NCBI GenBank assembly: GCA_020437805.1
Contig: JAGQVV010000149.1
Location: 10,915 to 34,914, forward strand
DNA: 24,000 nucleotides
Direction of reading: 5' to 3'
Source: Flavobacteriales bacterium
Lineage (GTDB): Bacteria; Bacteroidota; Bacteroidia; Flavobacteriales_F; PHOS-HE28
Of this stretch, positions 1 through 8,590 are shown piece after piece (position 1 is the stretch's first letter; each line of letters starts with the position of its first letter). The position numbers and the translations under genes were made by a program. The notes under the pieces are model-generated. The model saw only the letters and a list, made by a program, of their open reading frames with translations. It made no database searches and was not told the origin of the DNA.

Positions 1-254
1 TGGACCCGGTCCTGGGGATACACGACCTTCGTACCGACCCCCATGTCCGCTTCATCCCGGGCACCCAAGGGATCGCCGAATTGGCCCGCATGGTTCAGGA
101 TGGCGATGCCGCTGTCGCTTTCAGCCTTCGCCCGGTCAGCTTTGCCGAGTTGCAGGCCGTTTCCGATACCGGCGGTTGCATGCCACCGAAAAGCACCTAT
201 ATCGAACCCAAGTTGCGCAGCGGCCTTACTGTGTACAGTCTGGAAGACCATTGA
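1..254 (+). CDS. DUF1015-family protein, C-terminal fragment (5' end lies outside the window)
   Basis: Frame 3 is open from the window edge to TGA at 252-254. The translation ends ...DGDAAVAFSLRPVSFAELQAVSDTGGCMPPKSTYIEPKLRSGLTVYSLEDH*. The MPxKST..PKL.SGL tail is what I associate with DUF1015. It is absent from the ORF track because there is no in-window start codon. Confidence 0.55.
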   Translation, partial: DPVLGIHDLRTDPHVRFIPGTQGIAELARMVQDGDAAVAFSLRPVSFAELQAVSDTGGCMPPKSTYIEPKLRSGLTVYSLEDH

Positions 255-263
255 ACCGATCCG

Positions 264-938
264 ATGGATAGATCCGCCCTCGCTGAACGGTATGAAGCCA
301 TCAAGGGTAGCATCCCGGATCATGTCACGCTGGTCGCGGTGAGCAAGACCCGATCCGTGAGCGAGATCAAGGCAGTTTACGATCTAGGGCACAGGGCCTT
401 CGGGGAGAACTACCCACAGGAATTGAAGGAGAAGCAGCCGCAACTCCCTTCGGACATCGAGTGGCACTTCATCGGCCATTTGCAATCCAACAAGGTCAAG
501 TACATCGCACCCTTCGTTCACCTCGTCCATGGGGTGGACAGTATCAAGCTGCTCGATGAACTGGAAAAACGGGCAAAGTCCAACCACCGCATCCAGGATG
601 TGTTGCTTCAGGTCCACATCGCCCAAGAGGAGACCAAACATGGATTCTCCCATGAGGAGATCATGGCCTTGTTCGAGGGAACGGGTTCCGATCCATGGCC
701 CTCGCTGCGCATTCGCGGCCTGATGGGTATGGCGAGCAATACCGACAACTTGGAGCAAGTGCGGGGCGAGTTCAAATCGCTCGCTGGTCTCTTCGAGGTG
801 ATGAAAAAGCGGCCCGGGCCCCACCGTCCCTCGTTCGATACGCTGAGCATGGGCATGAGCGGCGACGCGGATGAAGCGATCTCGGCCGGGAGCACGATGG
901 TACGGATCGGAACGGCGATCTTCGGGAACCGCCCGTAA
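264..938 (+). CDS. yggS: YggS-family pyridoxal-phosphate homeostasis protein
   Basis: 224 aa with ATG start. It has VTLVAVSKTRS (the PLP lysine context), FGENYPQE, WHFIGHLQSNK and a C-terminal MVRIGTAIFG, which is the typical YggS/PROSC layout. Confidence 0.9.
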   Translation: MDRSALAERYEAIKGSIPDHVTLVAVSKTRSVSEIKAVYDLGHRAFGENYPQELKEKQPQLPSDIEWHFIGHLQSNKVKYIAPFVHLVHGVDSIKLLDELEKRAKSNHRIQDVLLQVHIAQEETKHGFSHEEIMALFEGTGSDPWPSLRIRGLMGMASNTDNLEQVRGEFKSLAGLFEVMKKRPGPHRPSFDTLSMGMSGDADEAISAGSTMVRIGTAIFGNRP

Positions 939-1019
939 CGCAGGCATGGAGCACGGCAGAGGCAACCCCTTTGCATACAAACGTCTAACCTATGTACATT
1001 CGATGGAACATTCGTGGCC

Positions 1020-2027
1020 ATGATGCGATCCATTACGCTCCTACTCGTGCTCGCTCTTTTCGCCTCAGCCTACGGGCAGCGCAATCTGGAGGTGGGGGTG
1101 AGCGGTGGTGTCACCCACTATTACGGTGACCTCGGGAATATCGATGGACCGGTGCAATGGAACAGTTCCAGGCCAGGTATGTCCATCACCTTTCGGGATT
1201 TCCTGAACAACCCGAAGCGCTACGTGACCCGTTCCCTCACTACCGAGGCGCGTCTCAGCTGGTACAGGATCGGCTATGATGAGACCGCCCAGATCAGTGG
1301 GACCGACGTCGGGGACCTGAAGAACTACAAGCGGGGCTTGAGTTTCCGGAACGACCTTTTCGGCGCATCCGGGCACTTGGTGCTTAATGCGTACAGAGAA
1401 CCCTTCACCCCTCTTTTCCAACAGCGCTTCTTCATGTACTTCCACATCGGTGTTGGCGTGTATTACGGGCGTCCGAAGGCCGACCTCTTCCGTGGAGAGG
1501 AGGATATCGCAAACCGGTATTACTTCTGGGCTGATGGGACCGTGCGTGATGCACCACGTGGCTCCACCAATTCGAACATCATCGAACGGGACGGCAAATA
1601 CGAGACCGACCTGTACAGTTGGCTGACCGAGGGCGGTGTGGGTGCCGGAGAGGTTGGACAGACCACCCGTTTTTCACCTTGGCATGTGGGCATTCCGATG
1701 GGCGCTGGACTGCGATACATGGTCACCAAAAAGGTGAGCGTGGGCCTTGAATACAGTTACCTGATGTTCATGACGGACATGCTCGATGACGTGAGCGACA
1801 GGTACTCCACCTATGAAGAGATCGATAACACCTACAGCGACCCGCGCAAACAGGAATTGGCCCGGTACATCAGCGACCCGACCGGTTGGGGAACGGACGG
1901 CACGTACAGCATCGTAACGAGCCGCCGTGGCAATCCTGGCCTGTTGGACTCTTTCAGCTACTTCGCCTTGGAGGTCTCGTACAAGTTCAGGCGTCGGCCG
2001 CATCGTAGAAGCTTCATGAGCCTCTGA
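1020..2027 (+). CDS. Outer-membrane beta-barrel protein (DUF6089-like), secreted
   Basis: Signal peptide MMRSITLLLVLALFASAYGQ. The sequence is rich in alternating aromatic/Gly beta-strand patterns (GVSGGVTHYYGDLG, VGLEYSYLMF, FALEVSYKF near the C-terminus). The ATG at 1020 is preferred over the GTG at 1014 used in the track. Confidence 0.55.
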   Translation: MMRSITLLLVLALFASAYGQRNLEVGVSGGVTHYYGDLGNIDGPVQWNSSRPGMSITFRDFLNNPKRYVTRSLTTEARLSWYRIGYDETAQISGTDVGDLKNYKRGLSFRNDLFGASGHLVLNAYREPFTPLFQQRFFMYFHIGVGVYYGRPKADLFRGEEDIANRYYFWADGTVRDAPRGSTNSNIIERDGKYETDLYSWLTEGGVGAGEVGQTTRFSPWHVGIPMGAGLRYMVTKKVSVGLEYSYLMFMTDMLDDVSDRYSTYEEIDNTYSDPRKQELARYISDPTGWGTDGTYSIVTSRRGNPGLLDSFSYFALEVSYKFRRRPHRRSFMSL

Positions 2028-2090
2028 TCCGGCCTCCTCCCATTCGGAACGGTGGCGGGCGCTCCTGCCGCTGATACTACTTTCGCGCAC

Positions 2091-2627
2091 ATGAGCACGG
2101 CAAAGACCAAACGACCGGAACTCGTGTACGCCGCACTGTTGAGTGAGGATCACGAAGCGGTCCTTACCGCATTGGACCGTATCGAGGTGGATGGCGATGC
2201 ACGGGCCATCAGACCGCTCCTAACAACCTTGGTCGGGACGAAGAACACCGAGGTCCGTAAGCGGATCACCGGGCTGTTGAACACATTGAAGGCCACGAAC
2301 GCTGTAGGCGAACTGCTTCTTGCGTTGGATGAACCGAAGTTCAAGACCGAGCGCAGCACGGTGGTGTCGGCGTTCTGGAACGCCGGACTCGATGTACGCG
2401 AACATCTGGATGTTTTCGTTGGCATCGCCCTGGAGGGCTCAGCCGAAGAGTGTTTCGAATGCCTAACAGTGATCGAGAACCAGGAGATCTGGCCTGAGAA
2501 AGCTGTCCGTCGCTCAACGGGACTCCTGAAGAAGGCCGTACCGTTGGAAACGGACAGTTATAAAGCAGCTATGTTGAAGGACCTATTGAAGGTCCTTGAG
2601 TTCCGGCTCGGCCCTGAAGGGGCTTAA
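2091..2627 (+). CDS. Hypothetical protein with HEAT/PBS-lyase-like repeats
   Basis: The ATG at 2091 lies inside the track ORF 2052-2627. It shows repeating helical-pair patterns (EAVLTALDRIEVDGDARAIRPLLTTL..NTEVRKRITGLLNTL). No catalytic motif is recognised. Confidence 0.45.
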   Translation: MSTAKTKRPELVYAALLSEDHEAVLTALDRIEVDGDARAIRPLLTTLVGTKNTEVRKRITGLLNTLKATNAVGELLLALDEPKFKTERSTVVSAFWNAGLDVREHLDVFVGIALEGSAEECFECLTVIENQEIWPEKAVRRSTGLLKKAVPLETDSYKAAMLKDLLKVLEFRLGPEGA

Positions 2628-4048
2628 CGAACTCGGGCCACGAGCCATCCATCCGGTCGCTCCTGGACAACCTCCACCCCTTGCGCTTGTAACCCTTCCC
2701 AATTCCAACTCGGGGGTTCGTCCTTCCATTGACCTTTCAGGTCTTCCGGGTTCACCACGACCAAGGCTCCGCGTTCGAACATCTTCAGTCGCTCGTACCA
2801 GAGTTCGATGACCACGACCTCAGGACAGTAGGTCACGAATGCCGCTCCCATACCATGCGTATAGACGATCCGAGCATGTGCCTCGCTCACGACCGAGGCC
2901 AACTCCCGCTCCAACCGTGCCTGTTCGAAAAAGGGCATCATCGCACGGGAGAAGAGCGCGGCCTGCATCGCGATCAACGAACCTGATACCCAGCGGATCG
3001 GGAACATCCGCAGCCGCGCCCAATGCATTGCCCGCAAGAAAGCGGGGTAGTAAAGAACCACTACAAAGGGCTGCGCCAGGAGCAGGACCCTGTCATTCTG
3101 GAAGGGCAATCCAGCGATGAATATGATGTAGCACAACACTGCGGCCAAGGCCAAGCGTGCCGGTACCTTGGCGAAGTCGGTAAGCCTCACGAAAGGGATG
3201 AGCAGGATGCCCAACGGAATGAAGCCGGGATGCACGAAAAGACAAAGAACATACACGATGTTGGGGAATGGGTAGACCAATGTGCCATCATCCGAGTGGA
3301 GTTCACGGCTGAAGAGGTTCATGGGTGACCAGTCCGCCAGCGGTCCATCGACAAACGCCCCCCCCGACCCTCCCATGGTCATGAAGACGAACAAACCAGC
3401 AGCCGCGGTGAGCAGGGTGAAGATCATCCATCGCTCCCGCCGCGCTTTCAAGGGGCCGTGGACCAAGGCAAGTACCATTGGAGCGAGCAAGGGAACCGTG
3501 GCCAAGCGGAATCCTAAGGACAAGAGCAGTAGGAATGTAGCGAGGAACCCCAAGCCAAGAGAGCCTTGAAGCCAGCGTACCGTGCAGATGTACGTTCCAA
3601 CCACCAAGGCCATGGCAGGGACATCGCTCATGACCATCAATGCATAACGCAGCAGGAATGGAGAGAGGAGGACAGCGGTCAATACGAAGGTGTTGATGTC
3701 CGCGGCGGCACCGTCCGGGTTCTTGAAATATCCACGCAACAAGAACGCTATGGCCAGCATGGAGAGCGCGGAAAGCAGACGAAGGCCGATCAGACTGCTC
3801 CCGAATAAGGTACCTAGCAAGGCCCCGGTGATCGGGTACCCGTGCGGATGTTCGATCATCACCGGTCGGACACCACCACCTTTCCACCAGGCCTTCCATG
3901 CATTGGCGATATGGTAATAGTCATGTGCATCCTGCCCGCTGAGGCCTTCGTAACCCACAAGGCAGGACCAGGAAAGCGCCACTACGATCGGGATGATCAA
4001 TGCCAGTGTGGAACCCACGGGATAGGACCTCTTGACGGTTGCCATCAT
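2624..4048 (-). CDS. Polytopic membrane protein, GT-C-fold glycosyltransferase-like (ArnT/PMT-type)
   Basis: About 474 aa with many hydrophobic helices. An acidic first-loop motif GQDAHDYYHIANAW follows TM1, as in GT-C enzymes, and the C-terminal soluble domain is about 100 aa. The ATG-ATG pair at 4048/4045 is preferred over the TTG at 4057. Confidence 0.55.
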   Translation of the reverse strand: MMATVKRSYPVGSTLALIIPIVVALSWSCLVGYEGLSGQDAHDYYHIANAWKAWWKGGGVRPVMIEHPHGYPITGALLGTLFGSSLIGLRLLSALSMLAIAFLLRGYFKNPDGAAADINTFVLTAVLLSPFLLRYALMVMSDVPAMALVVGTYICTVRWLQGSLGLGFLATFLLLLSLGFRLATVPLLAPMVLALVHGPLKARRERWMIFTLLTAAAGLFVFMTMGGSGGAFVDGPLADWSPMNLFSRELHSDDGTLVYPFPNIVYVLCLFVHPGFIPLGILLIPFVRLTDFAKVPARLALAAVLCYIIFIAGLPFQNDRVLLLAQPFVVVLYYPAFLRAMHWARLRMFPIRWVSGSLIAMQAALFSRAMMPFFEQARLERELASVVSEAHARIVYTHGMGAAFVTYCPEVVVIELWYERLKMFERGALVVVNPEDLKGQWKDEPPSWNWEGLQAQGVEVVQERPDGWLVARVR

Positions 4049-4185
4049 CCGGTCCAATGTAGGAAAGCACCGGGTGCTCCGACAGTATACGAGCCACGTG
4101 TTCTGGACAGGTCCTTATCTTATCAACATTTTACGGCGGTCGGTACGGACCACGGTCATCTCCATCAAGACGATCAAGCTTTACG

Positions 4186-5304
4186 TTGCGCAGTCGAAGA
4201 TTCCCCTCAACTCCAGACCTGGAGAGCGTCAAAGAACGAGTGACCAACCTGCTCCAGATCCGAAAACGGAACATCGGACGATCCCCGGACGACCTGTACT
4301 TCCGGGGCGGGAAGAAGGCGGACTCCGTACGACTTCGACTGATCGATTTCAACGGTGACATCTTGAAGGAGGATACGGTGGAGACCGTTCAAGAGGTCCT
4401 GGCGTTAAGGACACGGAACAGCGTAACATGGCTAAATGTCGATGGGATCCACGATCCGGAGGTCATGGACGAGATCGCCAAAGGCTTCGAGCTTGACCGC
4501 CTCATCCTGGCCGATGTAATGAACACGGAGGCAAGGCCCAAGGTCCAGGAACACTCGAACTGCGTGTTCGTGTCCATTAGAATGTTGCAGCATAATGATG
4601 CCACCGACCAAGTGGAGGTCGAGAACCTGAGCATCGTTCTCACACGCTCGACCCTCATCTCGTTCCAAGAACGTGCCGGGGATGTGTTCGAGCCCATTCG
4701 GGAACGCATCCGTGCCCAGAAGAAGCGGATCCGCAACTCCGGAACGGACTATCTCGCCTTCGCCTTGCTGGACATCGTTGTCGACAACTACATTCTGGTG
4801 ACGAGCATGCTCGGGGAAAAGATCGACGACCTGGAGGATACCCTGCTATCGGAGCCCACACAAAGCGTGATCGACAGGATCAACACATACAAGAGCGAGC
4901 TGAATCTCCTGCGGAAGAACATCAATCCGGCGAAGGAGATGATCCAATCCCTATCCAAATTGGAGTCCGACCTGATCGAGGACAGCACGGACATCTTCCT
5001 GAAGGAACTGGAGAACAATATCAACCAAGCAACGGAATCCGCGAACATCCAACGTGAGATCCTATCTGACCAACTAACGATCTATCATACGACGATCAGC
5101 AGCAAACTGAACGATATCATGAAGTTCCTCACGGTGTTCTCCGTGATCTTCATTCCGCTCTCCTTCATCGCCGGGATCTACGGCACCAACTTCGATGTGT
5201 TACCGGAGCTGCATTACCGCTACAGCTATTACATCATGCTGTGCGCCATGGGGGTGGTCGCGATAAGCATGCTCATCTATTTCAAGCGCAAGAAATGGTT
5301 GTGA
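4186..5304 (+). CDS. corA: CorA-family divalent-cation channel (variant GTN pore motif)
   Basis: The N-terminal cytoplasmic domain is followed by two C-terminal TM helices, with FIPLSFIAGIYGTNFDVLPEL and a basic tail FKRKKWL. The start is uncertain because no ATG is available. Candidates are TTG at 4186 and GTG at 4240. Confidence 0.85.
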   Translation: MRSRRFPSTPDLESVKERVTNLLQIRKRNIGRSPDDLYFRGGKKADSVRLRLIDFNGDILKEDTVETVQEVLALRTRNSVTWLNVDGIHDPEVMDEIAKGFELDRLILADVMNTEARPKVQEHSNCVFVSIRMLQHNDATDQVEVENLSIVLTRSTLISFQERAGDVFEPIRERIRAQKKRIRNSGTDYLAFALLDIVVDNYILVTSMLGEKIDDLEDTLLSEPTQSVIDRINTYKSELNLLRKNINPAKEMIQSLSKLESDLIEDSTDIFLKELENNINQATESANIQREILSDQLTIYHTTISSKLNDIMKFLTVFSVIFIPLSFIAGIYGTNFDVLPELHYRYSYYIMLCAMGVVAISMLIYFKRKKWL

Positions 5305-5313
5305 AGACGCTTG

Positions 5314-6270
5314 TCAACCTGCAAGGTGCTCCATAAGCGCCTGTTGCATACGACCATTGATATCGTCCGTGGGTGCCGGGACGAACCGGGTGCCTGTTAT
5401 CCGTTCGAAAAGCTCCACATAACGGGCCGATACACTTTCCACGAAGGCGTCATCCATGTCCGGAACGACCTGTCCTTCCTTGCCCATGAAGCCCCCTTTG
5501 ATAAGCCATTCCCGCACGAACTCCTTGCTGAGTTGCTTCTGTCGTTCTCCATTGGCCTGCCGTTCCGCATATCCCGCTGCATGATAATAGCGTGAACTGT
5601 CGGGAGTGTGGATCTCGTCAATGAGCAAGATCTCGCCGTTCATCGTTCGGCCGAACTCATACTTGGTATCCACCAACAACAGCCCGCGTTCCTGCGCGAT
5701 CCGCGTCCCCTCAGCGAATAGCGCCTTGGCATAGCGGCACATGGTCTCCCACTCCTTCGGTGTACAGATCCCCTCCTGCAAGATGCGTTCGGGTGTGATA
5801 TCCTCATCGTGCCCTTCCTCGGCCTTGGTGCTCGGGGTGATCAAGGGTTCAGGAAAGCGATCGCTCTCAAGCATCCCGTCGGGCATGGATGCTCCGCAAA
5901 GCTCCCGCACCCCGCTTTGATACGTTCGCCATGCATGCCCGGCGAGATAGCCACGCACGACCATTTCCACTCGGAACGTTTCGCAGCGTCGGCCGATGAT
6001 CACATTCGGGTCCGGATGAGCAATGGCCCAGTTCGGTGCCACATGTGCCGTGGCCTGCAACATATACCAACTCAACTGGCTAAGCACTTGTCCTTTGTGT
6101 GGTATACCACGCGGGAGTATGACGTCGAAGGCGCTGATCCGATCGCTGGCCACGAGCACCGTTCGACCATCGGAAAGGTGGTATACATCGCGGACCTTCC
6201 CATGGTACACGCTCTCCACATTCGGCAGTTCCAGTTCGGAACGCATCAAGGTATGTTCAACAGTGCTCAT
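5314..6270 (-). CDS. purC: Phosphoribosylaminoimidazole-succinocarboxamide (SAICAR) synthase
   Basis: 318 aa with YHGKVRDVY, ASDRISAFDV and LLLVDTKYEFG motifs of the long-form PurC. Confidence 0.95.
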   Translation of the reverse strand: MSTVEHTLMRSELELPNVESVYHGKVRDVYHLSDGRTVLVASDRISAFDVILPRGIPHKGQVLSQLSWYMLQATAHVAPNWAIAHPDPNVIIGRRCETFRVEMVVRGYLAGHAWRTYQSGVRELCGASMPDGMLESDRFPEPLITPSTKAEEGHDEDITPERILQEGICTPKEWETMCRYAKALFAEGTRIAQERGLLLVDTKYEFGRTMNGEILLIDEIHTPDSSRYYHAAGYAERQANGERQKQLSKEFVREWLIKGGFMGKEGQVVPDMDDAFVESVSARYVELFERITGTRFVPAPTDDINGRMQQALMEHLAG

Positions 6271-6305
6271 GGTCCGATCTCATTGGATGATGCAGTGGTT
6301 CGAGG

Positions 6306-7271
6306 TCATCTACCCTGCCCATCATGCTTCTCCTCCATCTTCTTGAACGCACTCAGGACGCGGATCACCAATTCATGGCGGATGACGTCCTTTTCATCCA
6401 ATTCCACCACTGCGATCCCATCCACATCGCGCAGCATGCCCACGATCGGCATCAGTCCGGAGGGCTGGCGGTCCGGAAGATCCACTTGCGTCATATCGCC
6501 GGTGATCACGAATTTGGCGCTGCGCCCCATTCGTGTAAGGAACATCTTCAACTGAGGAAGTGTAGCGTTCTGCGCCTCATCCAGGATCACGAACGCGTGA
6601 TCCAGTGTTCGGCCGCGCATGAACGCGAGCGGAGCGATCTGGATCACTCCCTCGTCCAGATGGTCGGCCAAGCGCGAGGCGGGGATCATTTCCCGCAGCG
6701 CATCGTAGAGGGGTTGTAGATAGGGGTCCAGTTTCTCACGCAGATCGCCCGGTAGAAATCCCAAGTTCTCCCCGGCCTCCACGGCGGGTCGCGTGAGGAT
6801 GATACGACGCACCTTGCGTTCCTTCAATGCCCGCACGGCCAATGCCACAGCGGTATAGGTCTTACCGGTTCCGGCGGGACCGATCGCAAAGACCATATCA
6901 TTCCCTTCCACCGCCTCCACCAAACGTTGCTGGTTACGGGTGCGGGCCTTGACCCTCAGGCCGGCGTTGCCGAACACGAGCACATCCCTATCCTCTCCAC
7001 TTTCACGCTCACCCGGACCATCACTGCCCATGATGTCGTCGATCACCTTGCGGGGTAGTTCATTGTACCGGGCGGCGTGCTCGATCAGTTGGTTGAAGCG
7101 TTCTTCAAAGAGCACCAGATCGGTCTCGGTGCCGCTCAGCTTCAAGGTATCCCCACGAGCGATGATGCTCAGTTTGGGGAACAAGGTGCGAATGATCCGA
7201 AGGTTGGCATCATTCGCACCGAGCACCTCCAATGGGTCCACCCCTTTGATGGTCAATAGCTTCTCGATCAA
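6306..7271 (-). CDS. phoH: PhoH-family ATPase
   Basis: 321 aa with Walker A GPAGTGKTY, Walker B FVILDEAQN and ITGDMTQVDLP. It apparently starts at a TTG, with no in-frame ATG upstream before a stop. Confidence 0.9.
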   Translation of the reverse strand: MIEKLLTIKGVDPLEVLGANDANLRIIRTLFPKLSIIARGDTLKLSGTETDLVLFEERFNQLIEHAARYNELPRKVIDDIMGSDGPGERESGEDRDVLVFGNAGLRVKARTRNQQRLVEAVEGNDMVFAIGPAGTGKTYTAVALAVRALKERKVRRIILTRPAVEAGENLGFLPGDLREKLDPYLQPLYDALREMIPASRLADHLDEGVIQIAPLAFMRGRTLDHAFVILDEAQNATLPQLKMFLTRMGRSAKFVITGDMTQVDLPDRQPSGLMPIVGMLRDVDGIAVVELDEKDVIRHELVIRVLSAFKKMEEKHDGQGR

Positions 7272-7323
7272 AGTAACATTCGATTGTTGATTACTTCAGT
7301 TCGCGTACCCTCCTCTGTCGCGA

Positions 7324-7331
7324 TAGTTTTG
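7324..7331 (+). promoter_or_regulatory. Bacteroidota-type -7 promoter box (TAGTTTTG) for the downstream DUF62 gene
   Basis: This is an exact match to the TAnnTTTG consensus, 41 nt upstream of the ATG at 7372, within the divergent phoH/DUF62 intergenic region. TTG triplets lie at 7284-7289 upstream. Confidence 0.35.
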
Positions 7332-7371
7332 GTCGCCGAAGGTAGCGCTGCGACCCGCTATTCCTTACCTG

Positions 7372-8196
7372 ATGGCCATCATCACTCTGACCACGGACAT
7401 GGGTTTGAAGGACCACTACGTGGCCACGGTGAAGGGTGCCATTTGGTCGCAGTATCCCGATGCCCGGATCGTGGACGTCAGCCATTGCATCAAGCCCTTC
7501 GACAACAGCCAAGCCGCATTCGTCCTTCGCCAAGCCTATCCTGAATTTCCACGTGGTACGATCCACATCATCGGAGTGAACCCTGAAGCCGACGGTCAGA
7601 CGCCGCATATCGTGGTACGTCATGATGGCCAGTACTTCATAGGCGCGGATAACGGGATCTTCAGCTTGCTCTTTGACGGCATGCCGCAGGAGGCCTTCGA
7701 ATTGACGATGAAGTTGGACCATGACCACATCGCATTCCCCACGCGCAGCGTTTTCGTGAAAGCGGCCTGCCACCTGGCCCGTGGAGGTACGCCTGACGTC
7801 ATCGGCAGGAAAGTGGTGAAGCTGAAGGAGCAGATCGGCTTTCAACCGGCCGTGGACGCGGTCAGCATTCGCGGGAAGGTGCTGTACATCGATTCCTACG
7901 GGAACCTGGTCACCAACGTGCGAAAACCGCTATTCGACGAGGTGGGAAAAGGACGCACGTTCCGCATCGGCTTCGGGGTGTCCGAGGACGACATCACCAC
8001 ATTGCATGGCACGTATGGAGAGGTGCCCATGGGTGAACGTGTCGCCTTCTTCAATGCCACGGGCATGTTGGAGATCGCCGTGAACAAAGGGGTCGAAGGC
8101 GGCGGAGGTGGTGCAGCACGCTTGTTCGGCGTGGAATACGAGGACGCCGTGCGCATCGATTTCGGGGATTGGTCTCGGACCAAGGTCGCCGGTTGA
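7372..8196 (+). CDS. SAM hydrolase / SAM-dependent halogenase family protein (DUF62, PF01887-like), divergent active site
   Basis: 274 aa. It has N-terminal IITLTTDMGLKDHYV, central ADNGIFSLL, and C-terminal DSYGNLVTN and MLEIAVNKG, which are characteristic of the family. Confidence 0.8.
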   Translation: MAIITLTTDMGLKDHYVATVKGAIWSQYPDARIVDVSHCIKPFDNSQAAFVLRQAYPEFPRGTIHIIGVNPEADGQTPHIVVRHDGQYFIGADNGIFSLLFDGMPQEAFELTMKLDHDHIAFPTRSVFVKAACHLARGGTPDVIGRKVVKLKEQIGFQPAVDAVSIRGKVLYIDSYGNLVTNVRKPLFDEVGKGRTFRIGFGVSEDDITTLHGTYGEVPMGERVAFFNATGMLEIAVNKGVEGGGGGAARLFGVEYEDAVRIDFGDWSRTKVAG

Positions 8197-8211
8197 TCGG
8201 TCGACCTCTTC

Positions 8212-8550
8212 ATGAAAGCTCCTCTTATGTTTGACGAGCCTTATCGCCACCCCATGATCATTCGCATCGTGAAAATGACCTTCGAGCCCCGGCATGTGGA
8301 GCACTTCCGATCCCTGTTCGTAGGCTGGGCCCCGCGGATCCGTTCGTTCCAAGGTTGCACCCACCTGGCGCTCCTGCACGATGTGAATGATACACGTGTA
8401 TTCTTCACATACAGCCATTGGCAGGACCCTGCGGACCTGGAGGCCTACCGGAACTCGGACGTTTTCGCAGGGGTTTGGCCCGTGGTGAAGACGTTGTTCA
8501 CTGCTCCGGCGGAAGCCTGGACGGTTGATCTGGAGCAGCAGATCCCCTGA
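8212..8550 (+). CDS. ABM-domain (antibiotic-biosynthesis-monooxygenase-like) small protein
   Basis: A roughly 100-aa ferredoxin-like pattern: IVKMTF..HVEHFRSLF...VFFTYSHWQDPADLEAYRNSDVF. The alternative start ATG at 8254 (MIIRIVKMTF) is plausible. Confidence 0.6.
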   Translation: MKAPLMFDEPYRHPMIIRIVKMTFEPRHVEHFRSLFVGWAPRIRSFQGCTHLALLHDVNDTRVFFTYSHWQDPADLEAYRNSDVFAGVWPVVKTLFTAPAEAWTVDLEQQIP

Positions 8551-8590
8551 CCCCTTCGTCTTGGTCCGGTCTTTGTCCGATCTTCGGGCC

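Noticed and set aside
43-342. 99-aa plus-strand ORF spanning the first gene junction
   Set aside because: It is out of frame with both the DUF1015-like C-terminus (frame 3, ending at 254) and yggS (starting at 264), and both of those have recognisable protein signatures.
4049-4239. Possible Mg2+ riboswitch (M-box) or other leader RNA upstream of corA, in the largest intergenic gap of the window
   Set aside because: The gap of about 140-190 nt also has to hold two divergent promoters. I see no M-box-like conserved core and no convincing multi-helix pairing by eye. A covariance-model scan (Rfam) would be the decisive test.
7372-8196. The SAM-degrading enzyme as a phage-type anti-restriction SAMase
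   Set aside because: The sequence belongs to the cellular DUF62 fold family, not the small T3-type SAM lyase. Its context (phoH, an ABM protein, a TPR protein) is chromosomal housekeeping with no phage genes.
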